Positions 9,689 through 20,244 of a DNA stretch of 64,000 nt are shown here, piece after piece. The notes beneath the pieces were generated by a model. The model was given only the letters and a program-made list of their open reading frames with translations, was not told the DNA's origin and did not search any database. The stretch covers positions 20,241-84,240 of the forward strand of contig CACLGX010000002.1 in the NCBI GenBank assembly GCA_902606585.1, given 5' to 3'. Every line of letters starts with the position of its first letter. Position 1 is the stretch's first letter. The stretch is from Paracoccaceae bacterium (GTDB taxonomy: Bacteria; Pseudomonadota; Alphaproteobacteria; Rhodobacterales; Rhodobacteraceae). The translations under genes and the position numbers were made by a program.

Positions 9689-10996
9689 ATGCCTGTTTTT
9701 TTGAATTCATTGAATTCCAATTTTGAAAACGACTTTGAGACGCTTTTGTCAGCTAAAAGAGAAGATAGCGTCGATGTTGATTTATCTGTTAGAGAGATAA
9801 TAGGCGCGGTTAAAGAAAGAGGTGATAAAGCACTTATTGATTATACCCAAAAGTTTGATGGGATTAATTTAACGTCAGATCAATTAAGGTTCACTAAGTC
9901 AGAGCTAAAGGAACAATCCGTTAAGGTAACTGACAAAGACCGCAATGCATTAGAATTGGCGGCAGCCAGAATAGAAGCTTATCATAAAAAGCAATTACCA
10001 GATGATGCTTTTTGGACCGATGAATGTGGAGTTGAATTAGGTTGGCGGTGGTCTCCAGTAGCTACTGCAGGATTATATGTTCCCGGGGGTTTGGCTAGTT
10101 ATCCTTCTTCTGTGCTTATGAATGCTATTCCAGCTAAGGTTGCCGGCGTTAAAAGGCTAGCAATAACAGTTCCAACACCAGATAATAAAATAAACCCATT
10201 GGTTTTACTCGCAGCGCAACTATCAGGGGTAGATGAAATTTATCGGGTAGGTGGAGCGCAGGCTATTGCGGCTTTGGCCTATGGGACAAAAACAATAAAA
10301 CCTGTTGATAAAATAACTGGACCAGGAAATGCCTTTGTAGCAGCGGCCAAGCGCCAGGTTTTTGGCAAAGTAGGCATTGATATGATCGCAGGACCTTCGG
10401 AGATCTTAGTTGTTGCTGATAAGACGAGTAGGCCGGATTGGATTGCTTTAGATTTATTAAGCCAGGCTGAACATGATCCAAACGCCCAATCTATCCTGAT
10501 TACCGATAGTGATAGTGTTGCTCAAGCTGTTAAGGAGTGCATAGAAAAAAATTTAAAAAGCCTTTCTAGAAACGAGATAGCTGGACAAAGTTGGAGCGAT
10601 AATGGTGCGATTATTAAAGTACCAGATTTTAATAAAGCGGCTGAACTTTCAAATAGAATAGCTCCAGAGCATTTAGAACTTTGCGTCGCTGACCCAGAAA
10701 GTTTAGCAAAAAAAATATCAAATGCCGGCGCTATTTTTCTTGGTCATTGGACTCCCGAAGCCGTTAGTGATTATGTGACAGGCCCTAACCATGTATTGCC
10801 AACTGCAAGATCAGCCAGATTTAGTAGTGGTTTATCAGTAATGGATTTTCTGAAAAGGACGACTCTGGCAAAAGTATCTAGAGAGGCTCTTCTGAAAATT
10901 GGACCTTCGGCAGTAACTCTTGCTGAATCCGAAGGTTTGGAATGTCATGGTCTATCGATAAGTGAGAGAATGAAGTCAAATTCTGAGAAATTTTGA
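9689..10996 (+). CDS. hisD: Histidinol dehydrogenase
   Basis: GLYVPGG, GPGNAFV, DMIAGPSE, LSQAEHD, APEHLEL, GPNHVLPT. Confidence 0.95.
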   Translation: MPVFLNSLNSNFENDFETLLSAKREDSVDVDLSVREIIGAVKERGDKALIDYTQKFDGINLTSDQLRFTKSELKEQSVKVTDKDRNALELAAARIEAYHKKQLPDDAFWTDECGVELGWRWSPVATAGLYVPGGLASYPSSVLMNAIPAKVAGVKRLAITVPTPDNKINPLVLLAAQLSGVDEIYRVGGAQAIAALAYGTKTIKPVDKITGPGNAFVAAAKRQVFGKVGIDMIAGPSEILVVADKTSRPDWIALDLLSQAEHDPNAQSILITDSDSVAQAVKECIEKNLKSLSRNEIAGQSWSDNGAIIKVPDFNKAAELSNRIAPEHLELCVADPESLAKKISNAGAIFLGHWTPEAVSDYVTGPNHVLPTARSARFSSGLSVMDFLKRTTLAKVSREALLKIGPSAVTLAESEGLECHGLSISERMKSNSEKF

Positions 10997-11080
10997 ACGG
11001 AACTAGTTTCGATTAAATAACAAAATTATTGTTGATCCCCTTCGAACCCTAAACTAACTTTATTCTCTATAGGAGTAGAA

Positions 11081-11560
11081 ATGAGTTATCTTTCGAATAT
11101 AGAGTTGCATGACAGAAATTCGCCCCCGCCTACACCTGAAATTGAGCAGGAGCGAAAAGTAGCTATATTCGATTTGTTAGAGAAAAATACATTTAAACTT
11201 CCGGAAAAGGTTAGTGGAGGGACTATAAATGGACCATTTAACCTAAATTTAGCAATCAAAGATAAAAGACTTGTTTTTGACTTAGCTACGAGAGAGGGAA
11301 AAAGGGTTACGGAATTTCATCTTTCTCTTTCACCATTTAAACAAGTAGTCAAAGATTACTGGTCCATCTGCGAAAGTTATTACGATGCAGTAAAAAACCT
11401 ACCACCCGGACAGATTGAAACAATTGATATGGCACGACGAGGGATTCATAATGAAGGTGCACGCATATTACTTGAGAGATTAGAAGATAAAGCTGAAATT
11501 GATTATGATACCTCCCGAAGATTATTTACATTAATTTGTGTACTACATTTTGGTAGGTGA
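11081..11560 (+). CDS. UPF0262-family protein
   Basis: EQERKVAIFDLLE, IETIDMARRGIHNEG, RRLFTLICVLH. Confidence 0.88.
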   Translation: MSYLSNIELHDRNSPPPTPEIEQERKVAIFDLLEKNTFKLPEKVSGGTINGPFNLNLAIKDKRLVFDLATREGKRVTEFHLSLSPFKQVVKDYWSICESYYDAVKNLPPGQIETIDMARRGIHNEGARILLERLEDKAEIDYDTSRRLFTLICVLHFGR

Positions 11561-11563
11561 TGG

Positions 11564-12022
11564 ATGAGTAAATCGCTCCCACAATCAATATTATTTTGCT
11601 GTGATCATAATGCTGTTCGATCTCCAATGGCTGAAGGTATTATGAAAAAACTTTTTGGAACTGGCACCTATGTTCAGTCAGTTGGAGTGATTAATGATCT
11701 TGAAATAGATGGTTTTTCGATAGCTGTATGTGAAGAAATCGATGTTGAACTTTCAAGGCATAGATCGAGAAGTTTTGATGAGATGGAGCAATGGGGAGAT
11801 AACTTGTCTTCTTTTGACCTAATTGTAGCACTTTCGCCAGCGTCTCAAAGAAGAGCTTTGGAGCTAACGCGCTTATTTCATTTAACAGTTGAGTACTGGC
11901 AAATTCTTGATCCAACGGGTATAGGCGAGACTAGAGAAACGAAGTTAGTTTCTTACAGGCAAACCCGCGATCAAATCTTAAATAAACTAAAGGAAAAATG
12001 GGGTCAATTCGAGTTGACTTGA
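11564..12022 (+). CDS. Low-molecular-weight phosphatase / ArsC-like protein
   Basis: C-x5-R-S P-loop (CDHNAVRSPMAE); late DP motif. Confidence 0.85.
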   Translation: MSKSLPQSILFCCDHNAVRSPMAEGIMKKLFGTGTYVQSVGVINDLEIDGFSIAVCEEIDVELSRHRSRSFDEMEQWGDNLSSFDLIVALSPASQRRALELTRLFHLTVEYWQILDPTGIGETRETKLVSYRQTRDQILNKLKEKWGQFELT

Positions 12023-13287
12023 CCAATAGATGCATCAACTTGGAATTCATTTAGTGCCAATAAAAAAGATTTAATTTCCTCGGAACTATTATAATGGCAT
12101 ACAGAAACCCTAACGCAATCTTCCCACCCCAGAGGATCCAAGATATTCCCCGAGTAGTGATCAGCTTTTCGTACATGGGTCCTAATGCCTTTTTCATTGA
12201 GAAAATCTACTAGTAAATGGGATGAGGTTCCATTGATCCTAAAGCTCACCAAACCTTTGCGGTCTGGATTTTTTTGACCTCCGATAATTTCAATACCTTT
12301 AAGATCTTTGAGACCTTTTATATTGTCCTCTCCGTGTATCATTAACTCGGTTAATGCTATTTCCTGGGCTGCAATAGCTTTCGCCGCATTGGATAATTTA
12401 ACAGAACGGCTCTCTGAATTTTCGATTTTTCCGCCAAGCCATTCTAAATATTTTACAACGTCAGATATTGTAGCATAGGAACCGGTGTCTCTGGTTCCTA
12501 ATTCCCAGCTTTCAATTGGCCCATCTAGAAGCTGTTCGTGGCTCATTTGAGTCAGTCGATCAGAAACCCATGCAAAACCATATCCGTGACGAGAGTACAT
12601 CTTGTATGGTGAGATAGCATATCCGTCAATTTTATAATGATCTATCTTTATCCCGCCGTGGGCTGCATATTGTACTCCATCTACAATTATAAGAGCCTCG
12701 GGAGCTATTGAATTAACAGCCTTGCTTATTGCTTCTAAATCAACGCTGATACCAGTAACAGGAGAAGCATGTAAAATGGTCACTAAGCGAGTATCTCGGT
12801 TCACTATTTCTGAATAAAGTTGTGCTGTTACATTTCCATTATTATTTTCATGTTGGACGTTTATATATTGGCGTCCTGTTTGAGCAGCCCAATATTTTGC
12901 GGCACTTCTTGTCGCTGGATGCTCGAAACTACTGCCTACTATATTTCCACCTACTTTTGCTGAAGTGGCGGCATTTCTAACAAGTCGGAATAATAGTTCT
13001 GTACCACTCTCACCTACAAAAAATTGCCCTGTTGTGGCTCCAAATAGCTTTGCTGCATCTTTTTTCGCTTCCTGGATAATCTCCATTAAAGCCTTACTCG
13101 CAGTGTTTGCACGTCCTTGATTATCAGGAATGGCGGCAAATTTAGACGAAGTTTCCACCACTGATTTAAGTGTCAAAGCACCACCGGCATTCTCAAAAAA
13201 AATTCTTTTGCCTACGAATGGGCAATCTTCAACAAATGCAAATTTGTCTCTTATTTCAGCTAATAAATTTGATGAAAAATGATCCAT
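12004..13287 (-). CDS. Class V PLP-dependent enzyme (cysteine-desulfurase-like, catalytic Cys missing)
   Basis: FENAGG, EHPA, VDGVQY, SPYK (PLP Lys), ELGT, VRVSVCHYN; RKADHYSG where SufS has RxGHHCA. Confidence 0.8.
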   Translation of the reverse strand: MDHFSSNLLAEIRDKFAFVEDCPFVGKRIFFENAGGALTLKSVVETSSKFAAIPDNQGRANTASKALMEIIQEAKKDAAKLFGATTGQFFVGESGTELLFRLVRNAATSAKVGGNIVGSSFEHPATRSAAKYWAAQTGRQYINVQHENNNGNVTAQLYSEIVNRDTRLVTILHASPVTGISVDLEAISKAVNSIAPEALIIVDGVQYAAHGGIKIDHYKIDGYAISPYKMYSRHGYGFAWVSDRLTQMSHEQLLDGPIESWELGTRDTGSYATISDVVKYLEWLGGKIENSESRSVKLSNAAKAIAAQEIALTELMIHGEDNIKGLKDLKGIEIIGGQKNPDRKGLVSFRINGTSSHLLVDFLNEKGIRTHVRKADHYSGNILDPLGWEDCVRVSVCHYNSSEEIKSFLLALNEFQVDASIGQVNSN

Positions 13288-13417
13288 ATTGATATTCCTA
13301 CTTATGTTGAAATCAAAGCAGTGTTATTGCGAGCCTGCAAGAAAAATCTTTTGTCGTATGAAATTGTGATCTTGCTTATCACTATCCTCTTGTTAGTGTG
13401 TTTCAGGGGAAATCAAC

Positions 13418-14260
13418 ATGGAAACAGATGTCATTATTTTTGAAATGGGTCCAAGAGATGGTCTTCAAAATGAGAGTACATTCATAGATACAATTGATAA
13501 AATAAAACTGGTTAATCTATTATCAAAAAGTGGAATAAGTAAAATAGAGACTGCCAGTTTTGTTAGTTCCAAGTGGGTTCCCCAGATGGCTGATGGCGAA
13601 GAGGTTATGGCAGGTATACAGCGGAAATCTGGTGTATCTTTCACAGCATTAGCTCCTAACGAGAAAGGACTAGAGCGCGCTATTAAAGCTAAGGCTGATG
13701 AAATAGCCATTTTTGGATCTGCTTCAGAGGGTTTTTCAAAAGCAAATATAAACAAAAGTGTAAGAGAGAGTTTGCAGACATTTAGACCGATTGTTGAAGC
13801 TGCACCCATGCCGGTAAGGGGATATATTTCTTGTATAACGGATTGTCCTTATGACGGTCCAACAAACCCTGCTGACGTTATTAAAGTCGCTGAAGAATTG
13901 CTTGATATGGGGTGCTATGAAATATCTTTGGGTGATACTTTGGGATCAGCTAATCCAGGCAGAACAGAAAAATTATTGTCTGAACTATTATCTGTATTTG
14001 AGACAAAAGATTTAGCTGTTCACTTCCATGATACACAAGGCAAAGCCATTGAAAATATCAATGTTTCATTAGATTTTGGAATTTCAACTTTTGATTCTTC
14101 GATTGCTGGCTTGGGCGGCTGCCCTTATGCACCTGGAGCTAAAGGGAATGTTTCAACAGAAGCAGTTATTGAGTTTTTAGAAGGCAAAGGCTTGCGTACT
14201 GGCGTTGAAAGAGAAAAAATAAAAGAAGCAGCTGAGTTTGCAAGGAGCCTTAGGCGATGA
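13418..14260 (+). CDS. hmgL: Hydroxymethylglutaryl-CoA lyase
   Basis: EMGPRDGLQNE, SLGDTLG, HFHDT, GLGGCPYAPGAKGN. Confidence 0.93.
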   Translation: METDVIIFEMGPRDGLQNESTFIDTIDKIKLVNLLSKSGISKIETASFVSSKWVPQMADGEEVMAGIQRKSGVSFTALAPNEKGLERAIKAKADEIAIFGSASEGFSKANINKSVRESLQTFRPIVEAAPMPVRGYISCITDCPYDGPTNPADVIKVAEELLDMGCYEISLGDTLGSANPGRTEKLLSELLSVFETKDLAVHFHDTQGKAIENINVSLDFGISTFDSSIAGLGGCPYAPGAKGNVSTEAVIEFLEGKGLRTGVEREKIKEAAEFARSLRR

Positions 14261-15030
14261 ATTTTGAGACCTTATTAATAGACCAAGATAAAAGAGGTGT
14301 TGTTTCACTAACTTTAAATAGACCCGAAAAAAGAAATGCCCTTTCTGCAAGAATGATAGATGAACTAACAAGTTTCACTTCTTCATTAACACCTGACATT
14401 CGTGCAGTGGTCATCCAAGGCGCGGGTGAGTTATTTTGTGCTGGGGGCGATTTAGAGTGGATGAATGCTCAAATTAGTGCGGATAGGCAAACAAGAATTG
14501 CCGAAGCCAGAAAACTGGCTTTAATGTTAAAAGCTCTAAATGAAATTTCCGTCCCTCTAATTGCAAAAGTGCATGGCGCGGCTTATGGTGGGGGAGTTGG
14601 CTTAGCCTGTGTATGTGACTTCGTTATATCGAGTCCAAATGTGAAGTTTGGCCTTACTGAAACACGTTTGGGCCTGATACCTTCCACTATTGGACCCTAT
14701 GTAGTTGGAAAAATGGGCGAAGCCAAGGCTCGAGAAGTATTTATGTCAGCTAAGATTTTTAGTGGGATGGATGCAAAAAGGCTAAATATAGTGTCTGAGA
14801 TTTCGGATGATTTGGATCAATCTGTCGAAAACCATATTCTTTCATATTTAAAAACTGCGCCTAAAGCGGTTGGTGAAGCAAAAGCTTTGGTAAGGTCACT
14901 AGGGGCTACTATAGATGACAAAGTTATAGAGCGAACAATTGAGCAATTAGCAGATATATGGGAAGGTGAAGAGGCTCGTCATGGAATAGAAGCTTTCTTC
15001 AGTAAGACTAAACCGAAATGGGTGAATTGA
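14257..15030 (+). CDS. liuC: Crotonase, probable methylglutaconyl-CoA hydratase
   Basis: LNRPEKRNAL, FCAGGDL, AYGGGVGL, LTETRLGL; coupled to HMG-CoA lyase. Confidence 0.75.
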   Translation: MNFETLLIDQDKRGVVSLTLNRPEKRNALSARMIDELTSFTSSLTPDIRAVVIQGAGELFCAGGDLEWMNAQISADRQTRIAEARKLALMLKALNEISVPLIAKVHGAAYGGGVGLACVCDFVISSPNVKFGLTETRLGLIPSTIGPYVVGKMGEAKAREVFMSAKIFSGMDAKRLNIVSEISDDLDQSVENHILSYLKTAPKAVGEAKALVRSLGATIDDKVIERTIEQLADIWEGEEARHGIEAFFSKTKPKWVN

Positions 15031-15034
15031 GCGG

Positions 15035-15061
15035 TGATCTGAATATATTGATTTCAGATCA
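15035..15061. terminator. Hairpin between convergent genes
   Basis: TGATCTGAA-N9-TTCAGATCA. Confidence 0.5.
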
Positions 15062-16117
15062 GAACAAGTGAGCTTTACTACTTTCAAATTTAAATTTTAA
15101 GTTATTTCCTATAGCTATGTCGGGTGTTTCCGCTGCTGCATATCTAAAAGCGGTTCCATTTTCAGTAGCTAATTCAACTACAGTTTCCGTTCCCAGTTTT
15201 TCAACTAAGGTCACTTGACCTATCAGATTGCCTTTTTCGTGGATCTTCAGGTGCTGTGGACGAATACCAAAGCGCACAGGATCATTGGTTTTCTTTTCCT
15301 GGGAAGTAAGTCGAATGCCACTGGCTTCAAATCCTTGACCCTTGAAAGATCCTGAAGAACCATTTTTTGTAACTTTTGACAAACTACCCTCGAAGAAATT
15401 CATTTGTGGCGATCCTAGAAATCCTGCTACAAATTCATTATCGGGAAAATTGAATAAGTCCATTGGCGATCCCACCTGCATAACTTCACCATCTCGTAAA
15501 ACAACAATTTTATCAGCTAGTGTCATAGCTTCCACTTGATCATGTGTTACGTAAATAGTTGTTGCATCCAATTGGTTGTGCAACTTGGCAATTTCAACGC
15601 GAGTATCGTGCCGAAGCGCTGCGTCCAAATTCGATAAAGGTTCATCGAATAAGAACACATCAGGATTTCTTACAATAGCTCTGCCAATAGCAACACGCTG
15701 ACGTTGTCCACCAGATAGTGCTGCTGGTCTTCGATCAAGGAGGTGCTCCATTTGAAGAATTTTAGCGGCAGCTTCAACGCGCGTTCTGATTTCAGCTTTA
15801 GAAAATTTTTGTAGGCTTAAGGAAAAGGCCATGTTCTGGAAAACAGACATATGTGGGTAGAGAGCATAGGATTGAAAAACCATAGCAATCCCTCTTTCCG
15901 AAGGTGGTAAATCCATAACGGGCCGATCGGCTATTATGATTTCACCGTTACTTAAATTTTCTAAGCCTGCGATGAGCCTGAGCAAGGTCGATTTTCCACA
16001 ACCTGAAGGTCCTACAAAGACGACAAATTCGCCTTTTTCTATAGATAAGTGAACATCTTTAATGACTTTTGTTTGTCCAAAAGATTTATTGACATTTTTA
16101 AGTTCAACTTGTGTCAT
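15059..16117 (-). CDS. aglK: Carbohydrate ABC transporter ATPase (MalK/AglK)
   Basis: [39 protein letters not shown] tail. Confidence 0.88.
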   Translation of the reverse strand: MTQVELKNVNKSFGQTKVIKDVHLSIEKGEFVVFVGPSGCGKSTLLRLIAGLENLSNGEIIIADRPVMDLPPSERGIAMVFQSYALYPHMSVFQNMAFSLSLQKFSKAEIRTRVEAAAKILQMEHLLDRRPAALSGGQRQRVAIGRAIVRNPDVFLFDEPLSNLDAALRHDTRVEIAKLHNQLDATTIYVTHDQVEAMTLADKIVVLRDGEVMQVGSPMDLFNFPDNEFVAGFLGSPQMNFFEGSLSKVTKNGSSGSFKGQGFEASGIRLTSQEKKTNDPVRFGIRPQHLKIHEKGNLIGQVTLVEKLGTETVVELATENGTAFRYAAAETPDIAIGNNLKFKFESSKAHLF

Positions 16118-17672
16118 ATGTTACCTCTTCAAAGGTGGCTATAACGTTTTCAAAATCAAATTTACATCTCAAAATTTGAGTATCACTTATTCTATTAAAA
16201 ATTATCTCTCTTGGCCCACCGGATAACTCTGACATATTGTTAGCCGTCATCATTGCAGGTTGTTTTCTGCGCCAATTTAAGAAATTAGAAAATTTTTGGT
16301 AGATTGATCCTGCATTTTTTGCCATGTCTAGGCCCGCTTTCTCTAGATGAGCTTTGGCTATGGGTAACCAAGATTGATTTGATGTGGTAAAGCCACCCAT
16401 TGGTTTGTTCTTTTCCCAAACCATAGGCGTTCTACATGTATCCCGCCCTAAGAATTCGGGATAAAAGTTTATTCCCCAGGGATCCTTCATTTTATCAAAT
16501 TGAATATCTGTAACGTCCGATAAACCTAATTCTTCACCTTGATAGATACAGGTTGAACCAATCAGTGATGTTTCCAGCTGAAGAAGTAACAATTGCAAAT
16601 TATCTTGCTTGTCTGAAGAAATTCCAAGAGGTTCCAACTGCCGAGTTGCCGACCTTGGAACATCATGATTAGAAAAAGCAAAACATAGTCGACCGGATTC
16701 ATTGAAAACCTCAAGTGCATTAGAAATAGCTTTTTTAAGCTCTGATACTGTTGATCCTGACCATTCGAGAAGATCAAAATTATAAGTTGCATGAAGCCGA
16801 CCAGGTTCTGAGAATGTTTTACTAACACTCATTGCATTACCGTCGTCTCCATCTACCTCTCCCATTAGAAAACGATCACCGTCATATTCATCAGCTATCC
16901 TTCGATACGCTTCACTAAATTTCTGGATCATAGGTTGATTAAGTTGAGCAACATCATGCAGTTGTCTAAAGAATGGTTGTTTGTCTTGTGGCAATGGGCC
17001 GAGGGTAAAGTTCGGATCCGCCAAATTATCCCTATAGGGTTCACAGTCTCCATTAATCGTATGTACTGCATCTAATCTGAAACCATCAACACCCCGGTCA
17101 AACCAAAATCTAGCAACTTTGTTTAACTCTTCCTGTACTTCTTGATTTGCATGGTTTAAGTTTGGTTGTTCTGGTAAAAAATTATGTAAATAGTATTGTT
17201 GTCTCTTAGGCTCCCATGACCAAGCAGGGCCTCCAAAAAAAGATAACCAGTTGTTTGGTGGACAACCGTCAGGTTTTGGGTCGACCCAGTGAAACCAATC
17301 AGATTTTGGATTGTCTTTTGATTTTCGGCTTTCTTCAAACCATGGGTGTAAGTAAGAGCAATGAGCTGGGACAATATCTATCATCAGGCGCAAGCCCAGC
17401 TCGTGAGCTTTCTCAAGTAATTGGTCAAAATCACTTAGATTTCCATACTCAGGGTTCACATCACAATAATTAGATACATCATACCCAAAATCATATTGAG
17501 GGGACATGAAAAACGGACTAAGCCAAATAGCGTCGACACCCAGGTTTGCAATATATTTCAACCTTGATGTGATCCCATTGATATCACCAATTCCATCTGA
17601 GTTTGAGTCCTGGAACGACCTGGGATAGATTTGATAAATGACAGCGTGTTCCCACCATTTCAAAGAAGACAT
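16104..17672 (-). CDS. aglA: GH13 alpha-glucosidase
   Basis: [23 protein letters not shown] (nucleophile), MGEV (acid/base), [20 protein letters not shown]. Confidence 0.9.
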   Translation of the reverse strand: MSSLKWWEHAVIYQIYPRSFQDSNSDGIGDINGITSRLKYIANLGVDAIWLSPFFMSPQYDFGYDVSNYCDVNPEYGNLSDFDQLLEKAHELGLRLMIDIVPAHCSYLHPWFEESRKSKDNPKSDWFHWVDPKPDGCPPNNWLSFFGGPAWSWEPKRQQYYLHNFLPEQPNLNHANQEVQEELNKVARFWFDRGVDGFRLDAVHTINGDCEPYRDNLADPNFTLGPLPQDKQPFFRQLHDVAQLNQPMIQKFSEAYRRIADEYDGDRFLMGEVDGDDGNAMSVSKTFSEPGRLHATYNFDLLEWSGSTVSELKKAISNALEVFNESGRLCFAFSNHDVPRSATRQLEPLGISSDKQDNLQLLLLQLETSLIGSTCIYQGEELGLSDVTDIQFDKMKDPWGINFYPEFLGRDTCRTPMVWEKNKPMGGFTTSNQSWLPIAKAHLEKAGLDMAKNAGSIYQKFSNFLNWRRKQPAMMTANNMSELSGGPREIIFNRISDTQILRCKFDFENVIATFEEVTYDTS

Positions 17673-17675
17673 TCA

Positions 17676-18902
17676 CTAACCTCCCTTGACGGATCCAGCG
17701 AGCAAACCCCTAATAAAATATTTTTGCATAGCAAGAAATACTATCACTGGAACTATCATGGAGATTACGGCTGAAGCGTTGAGAAGGTGAAGTTGGTCTC
17801 CAAAAGTTCCCAACTGTCGCTCCAACAAAATTGGGAAAACTATATTGTCATTTTCGCTGGGGCCAACAAACATTGCTACCAATAAATCATTCCAGATCCA
17901 GAGAAACTGAAATATACTGAATGAAGCAAGCGCTGGTACAGAAAGCGGAACAACTACTTTTACGAAAATTTGCATATGATTGGCTCCATCAATTTTGGCG
18001 CTCTCAAGCAATTCTCTAGGTAATCCAACAATATAATTTCTTAAAAGAAATATAGCGAGAGGCAGACCGAAGCCTGTATGTGTAAGCCACAAACCTGCAA
18101 ATGATTTTGTTGGGAATTGACATGAATTTGTTAATTCACAGTCCGTTGTCCATTGTTTTAGAGCCGTCGCCCATGTGGCAATTCCGTTAAAGCCCTGAAG
18201 TATTGGTAAAAAAGCCAATTGCGTCGGGACTACCATCAGCGAAACTACAATTATGAATAACCAATCCCTGCCTGGAAACCGCATCCATGAAAAGGCATAA
18301 GCAGCAAAAGCAGCGACTGTTATTGGAATGATTGTTGCTGGGACAACTACTATAAAGGAAGAGATCAAGGCGTTAGGTACGTCTTTATTATCCAATAAAA
18401 CTTCAAAATAGGCTTCCGTGCCAAATGCGGGGTCTTGATTTATAAAAACATCAAGGCTTTTCGGTTTTGGTGCAACTTCTTCCGGAAAAGACCAAACAAA
18501 ATCCCCATTAGCCTGGAAAACGAATTCGCCCCCTCTGACAACCATGACTTCACCGGCAGGCACAAGTTTCCGGATTAGCTTGGTTTTCCCTGGTTTGTCA
18601 GGGTCGGGAACTCGACCTTTAAACATTATGGAGTTAATCTCTCCGGATATTTGAAACCATTCTTCATCTTTGTTTATGCGTTGGAAAATGTTACCCCGCA
18701 TTTCCGTTATTGTGACCTGCTCGCCTTTATCATGTGTACTGAAACGGTGCCCGAGTTCTGTTGGAGTGAATGCTGTCCAAAAGCCTGAAGTTTTAGATGC
18801 AATTTCTGATCTAAATGAAGTTGTTATAAGGGCTACGAAAGGCACTACCCAGATTACCAGGATAATAGCGAGTATTATGTGAGCAAACGAACGATTATAC
18901 AT
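17676..18902 (-). CDS. aglG: Carbohydrate ABC permease (AglG-like)
   Basis: ELLESAKIDGA EAA loop, FQFLWIWNDLL, RGLLAGSVKGG; start set at the ATG behind AAGGA. Confidence 0.85.
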   Translation of the reverse strand: MYNRSFAHIILAIILVIWVVPFVALITTSFRSEIASKTSGFWTAFTPTELGHRFSTHDKGEQVTITEMRGNIFQRINKDEEWFQISGEINSIMFKGRVPDPDKPGKTKLIRKLVPAGEVMVVRGGEFVFQANGDFVWSFPEEVAPKPKSLDVFINQDPAFGTEAYFEVLLDNKDVPNALISSFIVVVPATIIPITVAAFAAYAFSWMRFPGRDWLFIIVVSLMVVPTQLAFLPILQGFNGIATWATALKQWTTDCELTNSCQFPTKSFAGLWLTHTGFGLPLAIFLLRNYIVGLPRELLESAKIDGANHMQIFVKVVVPLSVPALASFSIFQFLWIWNDLLVAMFVGPSENDNIVFPILLERQLGTFGDQLHLLNASAVISMIVPVIVFLAMQKYFIRGLLAGSVKGG

Positions 18903-18915
18903 AGCAGTCAAATCC

Positions 18916-20169
18916 TTAATGCTCCAACAGCTTTTGTTCGCGCCGAATACGCCAACCAAGAAAAATCATATGAGGTATAACTGTTAGCATCAGCATAACT
19001 GCTATAGCGGCAAATAAATTATCAACATTGTTGCCACCTATAGACCATGTGTTCATTGCGGCTTCCATCATCGTGGCAAGAAGAAGCTTGTCGTCATCAT
19101 TGGCGGAAAGCGCATAGGGAATATCAAAAACCTTTAATACATCCGTAACGAGGTAGGTCCATACCACAACAACTGTTGAAAAAATTTGAGGTAATTTCAC
19201 TCTGAAGAAAAGTTGTGTTGGGTTTGCTCCGTCAATTATGGCGGCTTCTACTGTCTCTTGTGGAACACCTCTTAACGCAGCAGAGAAAATAACCATCGCA
19301 AAGCCAGTTTTAATCCATACCATAATCCACATTAGGTAAAAATTACCCCAAAATTTTAGATTATACATTGGTTCATTATACTCGGGCGTGTGCCCCAAAA
19401 TAGCCTTCAGTAGTCCTATTTGATAGGAAGGTGTAACGCCATTTATTGCTTCTTGTGGCTCGATGCCTCCACCCGCAAATATATTTCGCCAGATCACGGC
19501 TGCTCCAACAAATGAGATGGCTAAAGGTACAAAAATAAATGTTTTTGCAACCACACCCCATCTTACAGAGTCGGCTAAAACAGCAATTAGTAACCCAAAT
19601 ATTATACAAAGAGACGGGACTAAAATTAGCCACATTAAGCTATTTCTCATAGCGAGCCTAAACTGTATGTAACCCAAAGCGTTTGGATCCCAAAGGAATG
19701 AATAGTTATTAACTGAGGCTGCTCCACCAGGTTCTGTAAAAGAGATTTTTAATGTTGTAAGTGCGGGAACTAGTAAAAAAAGTAAGAGTAGGATCAGTGC
19801 TGGGCCCACAAATATCCAAGGTTGAATGGCTTCTACGATTAATGATCTTCTGCCAATTGAACTACTTGATCTGAAATTTGCTAGCCCAAAGTTAAGCCAG
19901 TTTGTGATCCAATAATATAAAAATGAGATAAACAAAGCGATTACAACAGAACGTAAAGCAAAACCAACTTTTGCAAATCTTAATTCTGTTACAAAAGTTG
20001 CTACAGACCATCCATAATTATTGTGAAGCCAAAGGCCAAAATTTGAAAAAGCGTCGTCAATGGGGGCAGTTAGAGAAAATACAAAGACTGCAGTAATTGG
20101 TAATACGCAAACTATCGTGAGAACGATGGCTAAGCTATTACTGAAGATTATAGATTGAACAGAACGCAT
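18916..20169 (-). CDS. aglF: Carbohydrate ABC permease (AglF-like)
   Basis: PLAISFVGAAVIW, WIKTGFAMVIFSAALRGVP, EAAIIDGA. Confidence 0.85.
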   Translation of the reverse strand: MRSVQSIIFSNSLAIVLTIVCVLPITAVFVFSLTAPIDDAFSNFGLWLHNNYGWSVATFVTELRFAKVGFALRSVVIALFISFLYYWITNWLNFGLANFRSSSSIGRRSLIVEAIQPWIFVGPALILLLLFLLVPALTTLKISFTEPGGAASVNNYSFLWDPNALGYIQFRLAMRNSLMWLILVPSLCIIFGLLIAVLADSVRWGVVAKTFIFVPLAISFVGAAVIWRNIFAGGGIEPQEAINGVTPSYQIGLLKAILGHTPEYNEPMYNLKFWGNFYLMWIMVWIKTGFAMVIFSAALRGVPQETVEAAIIDGANPTQLFFRVKLPQIFSTVVVVWTYLVTDVLKVFDIPYALSANDDDKLLLATMMEAAMNTWSIGGNNVDNLFAAIAVMLMLTVIPHMIFLGWRIRREQKLLEH

Positions 20170-20198
20170 TTAAATGTTTGACCCAAACTGACAGAATA

Positions 20199-20223
20199 GG
20201 AGCACAGGTTTTAGCTGTGCTCC
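20199..20223 (-). terminator. Intercistronic stem-loop after the binding-protein gene (mRNA stabiliser or partial terminator)
   Basis: GGAGCACAG-N7-CTGTGCTCC. Confidence 0.65.
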
Positions 20224-20244
20224 CATCAAAATTGTATTGTTATA

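Noticed and set aside
9689-10996. HisD paralogue HpsN (sulfopropanediol dehydrogenase), tempting given the sulfoquinovose genes
   Set aside because: It sits in the canonical murA-DUF2948-hisD-UPF0262 context, with no hpsOP or hpsKLM neighbours
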